From IMG/VR virus record IMGVR_UViG_3300032309_000911, positions 1-64,000 of that record: a stretch of 64,000 bases of DNA; one strand, 5' to 3'. Below, piece by piece: positions 56,213-64,000 of the stretch. The translations under genes were made by a program, and so were the position numbers. Source of the stretch: a virus. The stretch's first letter is position 1, and each line of letters starts with the position of its first letter. Below the pieces are notes generated by a model, which was not told the DNA's origin, ran no database searches, and saw nothing but the letters and a program-made list of their open reading frames with translations.

Positions 56213-59200
56213 ATGCCAGTAATAAAAGGTCCTACACAACAAGTAAGAGTAACATTACCATCTAAAGGTGGGCCAGGTTATACAGGTTCACAAGGCCCAA
56301 TAGGTTATACAGGTTCTGCCGGAACAGGTGGTGGTGGAGGAGGATACACAGGCAGTCAAGGTTACACAGGTTCTCAAGGCTACACAGGATCTTTAGGTTA
56401 TACAGGATCTATAGGTTATACAGGTTCTGCTGGTTCAACAGGATTTACCGGTTCAAAAGGAGATACAGGATCATTAGGTTATACAGGATCAGCAGGTGTT
56501 GGTTATACAGGTTCTGCTGGCGTAGGATTCACAGGTTCAAAAGGAGATTCAGGCTCTACAGGATACACAGGATCGGTGGGTGTTGGTTATACAGGTTCTG
56601 CTGGTGTAGGATTTACAGGTTCAGCTGGTGTAGGATTTACAGGTTCAGCTGGCTCAGCTGGTGCTACAGGTTACACAGGTTCAGCTGGTTCAACAGGAGC
56701 TACAGGTTATACTGGTTCAGCCGGCGTTACAGGATTTACCGGTTCTGTTGGTTCAGCAGGCGCTACAGGATTTACAGGATCTGCTGGAGCTGGATTTACC
56801 GGATCAGCTGGCTCTACAGGATTTACCGGTTCAAAAGGTGATATAGGATATACAGGTTCAACAGGAGCTGGTTATACAGGTTCGGCTGGCTCTACAGGAT
56901 TTACCGGTTCAAAAGGTGATACAGGATTTACAGGTTCAACAGGAGCTGGTTATACAGGTTCGGCTGGCGCTACAGGATTTACCGGTTCAAAAGGTGATAC
57001 AGGATTTACCGGTTCAACAGGAGCTGGTTATACAGGTTCAGCAGGTACTAATGGATATACAGGATCAAAAGGAGATTTAGGATTTACAGGATCTGCCGGT
57101 GCTGGATTTACCGGTTCAGCTGGCGCTACAGGATTTACAGGTTCTGCTGGTTCAGATGGTGCTACAGGATTTACAGGTTCAGCAGGAGCTGGTTATACAG
57201 GTTCGGCTGGCGCTACAGGATTTACAGGTTCTGCTGGCTCAGCTGGTGCTACAGGTTACACAGGTTCAAAAGGTGCTGACGGTATAATTGGTGTTGATGG
57301 TTATACTGGTAGTCAAGGTTATACAGGTTCAGCTGGCTCAGCAGGAGCAACAGGTTTTACAGGATCAAAAGGTGATCAAGGCACACAAGGTTTTACAGGA
57401 TCAGCAGGTGTTGGTTATACAGGTTCAGCAGGTATTAATGGATATACAGGATCAAAAGGAGATTTAGGATTTACAGGATCTGCCGGTGCTGATGGAGATA
57501 TTTACCATACAACATCAACTACAAATTTAAATCTTTCTACTTACGCTCTTACTGATACTATTACATTAACAACAGTAGATTTAGGATTAGACTATTCACC
57601 ACAACAAACAATTATAATTGCTTCAACAGCAACTCCTACAAATCATATACATGCTAAAGTTTTAACTTACAATGTAGGTACAGGTGTTTTAACTGCTGAA
57701 GTTACTAATATAGATAACGCCGCTAACAGTTCTTTAAGTTCTTGGGAAATTAATTTAGATGGTGCTGTAGGTATTAGAGGTTATACGGGATCAAAAGGCG
57801 ATGTAGGATATGTTGGTTCAAAAGGTGATATAGGATATACAGGCTCTAAAGGTGATATAGGATATACCGGTTCAAAAGGAGATTTAGGTTATACAGGATC
57901 TTTAGGTTATACCGGATCAGAAGGAAATTTAGACGTAACTACAGCTGCTACTCCTCCTTCAAGTGCTCAATATGGAGATGTTTGGATTGATGAATCAACA
58001 GGCGTACAATATTTTTATTATACAGATGGAGATACTGATCAATGGGTAGAATTTTCAAACGTAGGATTAAAAGGTTATACTGGTTCACAAGGTAATATAG
58101 GATATACAGGTTCTGCTGGAACTATAGGTTACACAGGTTCAGCTGGAATAGGATATACAGGATCGCAAGGTAATATAGGATATACAGGTTCTGCTGGAAC
58201 TATAGGTTATACAGGTTCAGCCGGAATAGGATATACAGGTTCTGCTGGAACTATAGGTTATACAGGTTCTGTTGGTTCACAAGGTTCTTTAGGATATACA
58301 GGTTCAATAGGTGCTCAGGGTAATATTGGTTATACAGGCTCTGTAGGTTCTACAGGTTTTACAGGATCGGCAGGAGCTACAGGTTTTACAGGCTCACTAG
58401 GAAATATTGGATTTACAGGTTCTGCTGGTTCAGCAGGCTCAACAGGTGCTACAGGTTTTACAGGTTCTTTAGGAAATATTGGATATACAGGCTCTGCAGG
58501 AGCTGGTTACACAGGCTCACAAGGTGTTATAGGATATACAGGTTCAGCTGGTGCAGGTGGCAGTGGACCATTTGCCGTTTGTAATACATCAAACATTGTA
58601 TCTACCGGCGCTGGCTTATGTACAGGAACTGGCGGTACTGGTACACATAACTTTTTTGCTGGCGAGTGTGCTGGTGCATGTAATACAACAGGTGAACGTA
58701 ATATTTTTATAGGTAAATATGCTGGCCGTTGTAATAGAGGTGGATACTTAAATACATTTTTAGGAAATGATGCAGGACGTTCTAATACTACAGGATCTCA
58801 AAATACATTTATAGGTTATGGTGCTGGTTGTTGCAATACTACCGGTAGTAATAATTTTTATGTTGGTACATTAGTCGGTCAATATGCTACTACATCAAGT
58901 CATAATATTTTTATAGGAGATCAAGCTGGTAAAGAATTAAGAACTGGCTCTTATAATTTTGTTTTCGGAAGATTTGCTGGGAAAAATTTAAACACTGCAT
59001 GTGATAATATTTTTGTAGGTCGCCGTGCAGGTGAATGTTCTACAGGTTCCGGTAATATATTTTTAGGTTCTCAGGCTGGATGTAGATCTGGAACGACCAG
59101 TGGAAACTTTTTTGCAGGAACTAGTGCAGGTTGGTATAATACTACAGGTTCTAATAATTTAATTCTTGGACAAGCTGCAGGTTGTGTTAACACCGTAGGT

Positions 59201-59995
59201 AGTTATAATACTTTTTTAGGTATGTTTTCTGGATATTGTCCAAGCTTGTCCACTGGTAACACTTCAGGTTCTAATAATATTTTTATAGGTTGTGAATCCA
59301 TTGGAGATGGAGCTAGTTGTTCAAATCAAATTGTTTTAAGAGCAGGATCTAATACACTTAAAGTTAGTTCTACTGGAGTATTTACATTAAATGGCACGAC
59401 AGTTGGTTCAGGTTCAGCCGGTTATGCAGGTTCAAGAGGTTATACTGGTTCACAAGGTGATATCGGTGCATCAGGTTATACAGGGTCTAAAGGTGATCCA
59501 GGTGGTTATACAGGTTCTCAAGGTACTACAGGTTATACAGGTTCTAAAGGAGATGCAGGTGGTTATACAGGTTCTCAAGGTACTACAGGTTATACTGGAA
59601 GTGCGGGAACTGGAGCTTCTGCTAGGTCAACATCTTCTGTTACATCTTCATCATTAACAGATGGAAATTCTGAAAATTTAACAATTACAGGTTTTAAAGG
59701 TTATGCTTTATTAAAAATACAAACATCTGCTGCCGCATGGGTAAGAATTTATACAGATACAACATCACGTAGTAACGATAGTTCAAGATCAGAATTAACA
59801 GATCCATCTCCTGGTTCAGGAGTTATTGCTGAAGTAATAACAACAGGCAATCAAACTATTTTAATATCGCCTGCAGTTTTAGGATTTAATAATGAAAATC
59901 CTATAGTTACAAATATTCCTATAACTGTAAAAAATAAAAGTGGAGGCACTACTGCAATTACAATTACATTGACAATAATACAATTAGAAATTTAA
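56213..59995 (+). CDS. long tail fibre with G-[YF]-T-G-S collagen-like repeats and a Cys-rich beta-roll-like region
   Basis: Dozens of G[YF]TGS repeats, internal globular modules and N-x-F-x-G-x-x-A-G repeats. Confidence 0.8.
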   Translation: MPVIKGPTQQVRVTLPSKGGPGYTGSQGPIGYTGSAGTGGGGGGYTGSQGYTGSQGYTGSLGYTGSIGYTGSAGSTGFTGSKGDTGSLGYTGSAGVGYTGSAGVGFTGSKGDSGSTGYTGSVGVGYTGSAGVGFTGSAGVGFTGSAGSAGATGYTGSAGSTGATGYTGSAGVTGFTGSVGSAGATGFTGSAGAGFTGSAGSTGFTGSKGDIGYTGSTGAGYTGSAGSTGFTGSKGDTGFTGSTGAGYTGSAGATGFTGSKGDTGFTGSTGAGYTGSAGTNGYTGSKGDLGFTGSAGAGFTGSAGATGFTGSAGSDGATGFTGSAGAGYTGSAGATGFTGSAGSAGATGYTGSKGADGIIGVDGYTGSQGYTGSAGSAGATGFTGSKGDQGTQGFTGSAGVGYTGSAGINGYTGSKGDLGFTGSAGADGDIYHTTSTTNLNLSTYALTDTITLTTVDLGLDYSPQQTIIIASTATPTNHIHAKVLTYNVGTGVLTAEVTNIDNAANSSLSSWEINLDGAVGIRGYTGSKGDVGYVGSKGDIGYTGSKGDIGYTGSKGDLGYTGSLGYTGSEGNLDVTTAATPPSSAQYGDVWIDESTGVQYFYYTDGDTDQWVEFSNVGLKGYTGSQGNIGYTGSAGTIGYTGSAGIGYTGSQGNIGYTGSAGTIGYTGSAGIGYTGSAGTIGYTGSVGSQGSLGYTGSIGAQGNIGYTGSVGSTGFTGSAGATGFTGSLGNIGFTGSAGSAGSTGATGFTGSLGNIGYTGSAGAGYTGSQGVIGYTGSAGAGGSGPFAVCNTSNIVSTGAGLCTGTGGTGTHNFFAGECAGACNTTGERNIFIGKYAGRCNRGGYLNTFLGNDAGRSNTTGSQNTFIGYGAGCCNTTGSNNFYVGTLVGQYATTSSHNIFIGDQAGKELRTGSYNFVFGRFAGKNLNTACDNIFVGRRAGECSTGSGNIFLGSQAGCRSGTTSGNFFAGTSAGWYNTTGSNNLILGQAAGCVNTVGSYNTFLGMFSGYCPSLSTGNTSGSNNIFIGCESIGDGASCSNQIVLRAGSNTLKVSSTGVFTLNGTTVGSGSAGYAGSRGYTGSQGDIGASGYTGSKGDPGGYTGSQGTTGYTGSKGDAGGYTGSQGTTGYTGSAGTGASARSTSSVTSSSLTDGNSENLTITGFKGYALLKIQTSAAAWVRIYTDTTSRSNDSSRSELTDPSPGSGVIAEVITTGNQTILISPAVLGFNNENPIVTNIPITVKNKSGGTTAITITLTIIQLEI
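56272..58560 (+). repeat. degenerate tandem coding repeats (GGT TAT ACA GGT TCA-type units)
   Basis: In-frame units encoding G[YF]TGSxGxx. Similar arrays occur at about 26830-27340, 59420-59600 and 61900-63490. Confidence 0.9.
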
Positions 59996-59996
59996 A

Positions 59997-61655
59997 ATGT
60001 CTGATAAAAAAGAATACATTGTTACTGTACGTAATAGGTCAGATATAGATTCTTTTTATGATGATATGGATAGTAATTTTGGCACAGAATTTATTCCTGA
60101 TAGAAAAGTAGAAATTGCACACGTAAGAGAAATTAGCAGAAATACACATTATTATTTAACTGATGAAGAAGCTAGTTTATTGCGAAGTGAACCTAGAGTT
60201 TTATCTGTACAATTATTACCTAAAGAATTGGGTATTGAACCTATACCTCTTTGGTCTCAAACAGGAAATTTTGAAAAAAGTAATTCAATAGACACAAATG
60301 ATAAAAATTGGGGACTGTATAGTGTAACGGCAGGAGAAAAATTAAATAATTGGGGAACAAACGGTTCTTTCACACAAACAAATCAAACAATTTATACAAC
60401 ATCTTCAGGAAAAAATGTTGATGTTATAATAGTCGATTCGCATATAAATGGAAATCATCCTGAGTTTGCTGTAAATGCGGATGGAACAGGAGGAAGTAGA
60501 TTTAATGCTTATAATTGGTTTCAACACAGTGCAGCTTTAGGATTTACAACAACTCAACCATATTCTTATAGTAACGTTGCAGGTAATCATGGCACTCACG
60601 TTGCCGGTACAGCTGTAGGAAATACTCAAGGATGGGCAAGAGATGCAAACATTTATAATATTGAATTTAATTATACAAGTGCTGGACGTCCTAATGGACA
60701 ATGGGATTTATTTTTGTATGATTATTTAAGAGAATTTCATAGAACTAAATCTATTAATAATGTTACAGGAAGAAAAAATCCAACAATTGTAACAAATAGT
60801 TGGGGATATGCTTATGTAGATATTGGTTTACCTATTACAGATGAAGTAACTTATAGAGGTACAACGACATCATTAGCAGGATTGACATCAAATGAAAGAA
60901 AAGTAATTTTAGAAAATAATGGTGTTCCTTCTCCGTTCGGTTCTTTAAAACAAACTCCAGCTAGAGTTGCAGCTCTTGATGCTGATGTTATAGATGCTAT
61001 AGAAGATGGATTAATATTTGTAGGAGCTTCAGGAAATTCTTATTGGAATTGTGCAACTCCTGGTCATGTAGATTATGATAATAACGTATATGTGAGTGCA
61101 ACAGGTTATAACACCATTTTTCATTCAAGAGGCATGTCTCCAGGATGTGCTGGTAATGCAATTTGTGTAGGAAGTGTAGGAACTTTTGTAGCAGAAAATA
61201 AGTCAGATTTTAGTAATTATGGAAGTCGTGTAGATGTCTATGCTCCTGGTAGATTTATAACTTCCTCGGTATATAACTCAACAGCATCTTCCGAATTTGG
61301 AATTACATTAGTTGATGACCCTAGAGATTCAAATTATAAAATAGGTTCAATTTCTGGTACAAGTATGGCCACTCCACAAGTTACAGGTATTTTAGCTTGT
61401 CTTTTGGAAACTTTTCCTTCTTTAACACAAGACGAATGTGTAACATATTTGCAAAATAATTCTACTTTAAATAGAATAACATCTACAGGCGGAAATGCAG
61501 GTGATTATTTGTCATTAGGTGATTCTTCAAATAATAGATATTTGTTTTATAAAAAAGAAAGAGGATTAACAGGATATGTAGCAATAAACACTGTTAAAAA
61601 TAGATCAAGTACAGGAAATGTGTATCCTAGAACAAAAATTAGAAGATACGGTTAA
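59997..61655 (+). CDS. subtilisin-like serine protease (peptidase S8) with N-terminal propeptide
   Basis: Catalytic triad motifs VDVIIVDS, HGTHVAGT and GTSMATPQVTG; oxyanion-hole ASGN; FSNYGSRVDVYAPG. Confidence 0.9.
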   Translation: MSDKKEYIVTVRNRSDIDSFYDDMDSNFGTEFIPDRKVEIAHVREISRNTHYYLTDEEASLLRSEPRVLSVQLLPKELGIEPIPLWSQTGNFEKSNSIDTNDKNWGLYSVTAGEKLNNWGTNGSFTQTNQTIYTTSSGKNVDVIIVDSHINGNHPEFAVNADGTGGSRFNAYNWFQHSAALGFTTTQPYSYSNVAGNHGTHVAGTAVGNTQGWARDANIYNIEFNYTSAGRPNGQWDLFLYDYLREFHRTKSINNVTGRKNPTIVTNSWGYAYVDIGLPITDEVTYRGTTTSLAGLTSNERKVILENNGVPSPFGSLKQTPARVAALDADVIDAIEDGLIFVGASGNSYWNCATPGHVDYDNNVYVSATGYNTIFHSRGMSPGCAGNAICVGSVGTFVAENKSDFSNYGSRVDVYAPGRFITSSVYNSTASSEFGITLVDDPRDSNYKIGSISGTSMATPQVTGILACLLETFPSLTQDECVTYLQNNSTLNRITSTGGNAGDYLSLGDSSNNRYLFYKKERGLTGYVAINTVKNRSSTGNVYPRTKIRRYG

Positions 61656-61741
61656 AAAAAATGAAAATTATAAATAAATGTATTAAATTAAATTTTTTTA
61701 AAAAATATTTTTTAAAAAATCGTTTTTGACAATTTTTTTTG

Positions 61742-61749
61742 TATAAATA
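61742..61749 (+). promoter_or_regulatory. T4-type late promoter
   Basis: TATAAATA (a second copy at 61669-61676) ahead of the ATG at 61790. Confidence 0.6.
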
Positions 61750-61789
61750 ATTATAAATTAACTTAACTAAAAAGGTTAAATAGACAAAT

Positions 61790-64000
61790 ATGCCAACTAT
61801 AAATTTTCCTTCAAGCCCCTCGATTAATCAAACCTATACATTAGGTACTCGTACATGGAAGTGGAATGGAAGTGCTTGGGAGTTAGTACCTCTTACAGCC
61901 GGTTTTACAGGTTCTAAAGGAGATATCGGTTACACAGGTTCAAGAGGAGATACAGGTTATGTTGGTTCTCAAGGAGATTTAGGTTATACTGGTTCACAAG
62001 GTGATATCGGATATACAGGTTCAAAAGGCGACACAGGTTTTGTTGGTTCTAAAGGAGATATCGGTTACACTGGTTCAAAAGGTGATATCGGATATACAGG
62101 TTCAAAAGGCGATCAAGGAATTCAAGGAGATACAGGTTACACTGGTTCTAAAGGAGATATCGGTTACACTGGTTCTAAAGGAGATATCGGTTATACAGGT
62201 TCACAAGGTGATCAAGGTATTCAAGGAGATCAGGGTTACACAGGTTCTAAAGGCGATCAAGGTTATACAGGATCAAAAGGTGATCAAGGTTATACAGGTT
62301 CACAAGGTGATCAAGGTATTCAAGGTTATACAGGATCAAAAGGTGATATCGGTTACACAGGTTCTAAAGGCGATCAAGGTTATACAGGATCAAAAGGTGA
62401 TATCGGTTATACAGGATCAAAAGGCGATCAAGGTTACACAGGTTCAAAAGGTGATATCGGTTACACAGGTTCTGCTGGTACAGACGGTGCCGACGGAGAT
62501 GTTTATCACACTACATCTACAACAACTTTAAATTTATCAACATATGGTCTTGGTGATACTATAACATTAACTACTGTTGATTTAAATTTAGATTATTCAG
62601 CTCAACAAACAATTTTAATTGCATCAACTGCTACACCAACGAATCATTTACATGCTCAAGTATTAACTTACAATCCAGGTACGGGTGTTTTAACTGCTAC
62701 AGTTACAGATATTGCTAATGCTACAAATAGTTCTGAAAGTTCATGGCAAATTAATCTAAACGGTGCTGTAGGTATTCAAGGTTATACAGGATCAAAAGGC
62801 GACACAGGTTTTGTTGGTTCAAAAGGTGATATCGGTTACACAGGATCAAAAGGCGACACAGGTTACACTGGTTCTAAAGGAGATATCGGATACACTGGTT
62901 CTAAAGGAGATATCGGTTATACAGGCTCTAAAGGCGATCAAGGTTATGCTGGTTCACAAGGTATTCAAGGTGATACAGGTTACACAGGTTCACAAGGCGA
63001 TATAGGTTACACAGGTTCACAAGGCGATATCGGATATACAGGTTCACATGGTTACACTGGTTCTAAAGGTGATATAGGTTACACAGGATCAAAAGGTGAT
63101 ACAGGTTACGTAGGTTCAAAAGGTGATATCGGATATACAGGTTCACATGGTTATACTGGTTCTCAAGGTGATATCGGTTACACAGGTTCTAAAGGCGATC
63201 AAGGTTATACAGGATCAAAAGGTGATCAAGGTTATACTGGTTCTCAAGGAGATATTGGTTACACAGGTTCAAAAGGAGATACAGGTTATGTAGGATCAGA
63301 AGGTAATTTAACAATTACAACTTCTGCTACTCCTCCTTCAGGCGCTCAATATGGAGATATTTGGTTAGATCAAAATTCTGGTATTCAATATTTCTGGTAC
63401 AATGATGGAAATTCAGATCAGTGGGTAGAATTTGCTAACCAAGGTATTGTAGGATTTACAGGTTCACAAGGTGCTATAGGTTACACAGGTTCATCAGGTG
63501 GCGGCGGTGGCGGTGGCCCATTTGCTGTATGTAGTACAACAAATATAGTATCTACAGGTACATCTATTACAGCGGGTACAGGTGGAACAGGAGACAAAAA
63601 TAACTTTTTAGTTGGAAATTGCGCTGGTGAATGTATTACAACGGGCGGATATAACGTTGTTCTTGGAAAAGATGCTGGACGATTAAATAATTTTTCTAAT
63701 AACGTATTTATAGGAGGTCGTGGTGGATATAACGCTACAGGCAACTATAGCGTTGCTTTAGGTTATTCGGCTTTATCTGGTGGTAATGGTGCTTGTAGAA
63801 TTGCTATAGGTTATCAAGCAGGTCAAAATTCTGGTCAAAATACTATATCTTTAGGTCGTTGTGCAGGATATTCTGCGGGACAACAAAATATTATGGTGGG
63901 CTCATATACTGGAAGATGTACAACTGGCGAAGGTAACATAATGTTAGGAAGTGTTACTGGTGAATGTAATACTACAGGAAATTTTAATACTTTTATAGGT
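61790..64000 (+). CDS. second long GYTGS-repeat tail fibre, 3'-truncated by the window edge (not in the ORF track)
   Basis: MPTINFPSSPSINQTYTLGTRTWKWNGSAWELV..., then [14 protein letters not shown] repeats and the same internal modules as 56213-59995; reads open to the window end. Confidence 0.85.
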   Translation, partial: MPTINFPSSPSINQTYTLGTRTWKWNGSAWELVPLTAGFTGSKGDIGYTGSRGDTGYVGSQGDLGYTGSQGDIGYTGSKGDTGFVGSKGDIGYTGSKGDIGYTGSKGDQGIQGDTGYTGSKGDIGYTGSKGDIGYTGSQGDQGIQGDQGYTGSKGDQGYTGSKGDQGYTGSQGDQGIQGYTGSKGDIGYTGSKGDQGYTGSKGDIGYTGSKGDQGYTGSKGDIGYTGSAGTDGADGDVYHTTSTTTLNLSTYGLGDTITLTTVDLNLDYSAQQTILIASTATPTNHLHAQVLTYNPGTGVLTATVTDIANATNSSESSWQINLNGAVGIQGYTGSKGDTGFVGSKGDIGYTGSKGDTGYTGSKGDIGYTGSKGDIGYTGSKGDQGYAGSQGIQGDTGYTGSQGDIGYTGSQGDIGYTGSHGYTGSKGDIGYTGSKGDTGYVGSKGDIGYTGSHGYTGSQGDIGYTGSKGDQGYTGSKGDQGYTGSQGDIGYTGSKGDTGYVGSEGNLTITTSATPPSGAQYGDIWLDQNSGIQYFWYNDGNSDQWVEFANQGIVGFTGSQGAIGYTGSSGGGGGGGPFAVCSTTNIVSTGTSITAGTGGTGDKNNFLVGNCAGECITTGGYNVVLGKDAGRLNNFSNNVFIGGRGGYNATGNYSVALGYSALSGGNGACRIAIGYQAGQNSGQNTISLGRCAGYSAGQQNIMVGSYTGRCTTGEGNIMLGSVTGECNTTGNFNTFIG

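Noticed and set aside
61656-61789. A/T homopolymer palindromes (also 7819-7910) as a replication origin
   Set aside because: Low-complexity AT tracts form chance inverted repeats and are adequately explained as promoter-upstream or terminator regions.
62001-63005. ORF-track entries 62001-62531 and 62811-63005 (also 56661, 57099, 59391) with VIQVQK repeats
   Set aside because: These are off-frame shadows of the GYTGS repeats; the real gene starts at 61790 and is missing from the track because it has no stop in the window.
61900-63490. Regularly spaced DNA repeats resembling a CRISPR array or satellite
   Set aside because: The units are in-frame, vary at third codon positions and encode GYTGS peptides; there are no unique spacers between identical repeats and no cas operon.
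1-64000. tRNA/rRNA genes, integrase, transposase, introns, reverse transcriptase (DGR/retron)
   Set aside because: None recognised by eye; a tRNAscan or Rfam run would be needed to exclude small RNAs in the gaps at 21155-21616 and 22694-22912.

Overview
This 64 kb AT-rich window is part of a T4-like (Tevenvirinae/Kyanoviridae-grade) myophage genome. Its gene set and order resemble aquatic cyanophage/pelagiphage-type myoviruses; the host cannot be fixed from sequence alone. Layout: (1) 1-13.2 kb, early/middle small genes behind sigma70-type promoters, including a SprT-like protease, a glucosaminidase, a DenV-like glycosylase, an M15 peptidase, a Cas4-like exonuclease, a secreted rhodanese, gp33, gp59 and gp32. 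(2) 13.2-26.5 kb, baseplate hub/tail genes (tape-measure-like, gp51, gp26, gp54, gp2, gp4, gp48, gp53, gp27-like, gp5, PAAR) plus IscA/HesB, an AspH-like oxygenase and a thermonuclease. (3) 26.6-43.3 kb, fibres, an adhesin, gp25, gp6, gp7, gp8 and a large VrlC-like protein. (4) 43.4-52.2 kb, the stand-out locus: a 12-gene cassette with four radical-SAM/SPASM-type enzymes, three Fe(II)/2OG or cupin oxygenases, four orphan proteins, and a virion-like 190 aa protein ending in a RiPP-like tail (CHASCHSSCHGSRGRR). (5) 52.2-64 kb, two glycosyltransferase fusion genes, very long G-[YF]-T-G-S repeat fibres and a subtilase. Other notable signals are a textbook -1 frameshift cassette joining gp26 to gp51, a dense island of GGCC sites around gene 5, and a repeated 18-bp palindrome upstream of two matching promoters. 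All calls come from motif recognition and synteny by eye; no database search was run.
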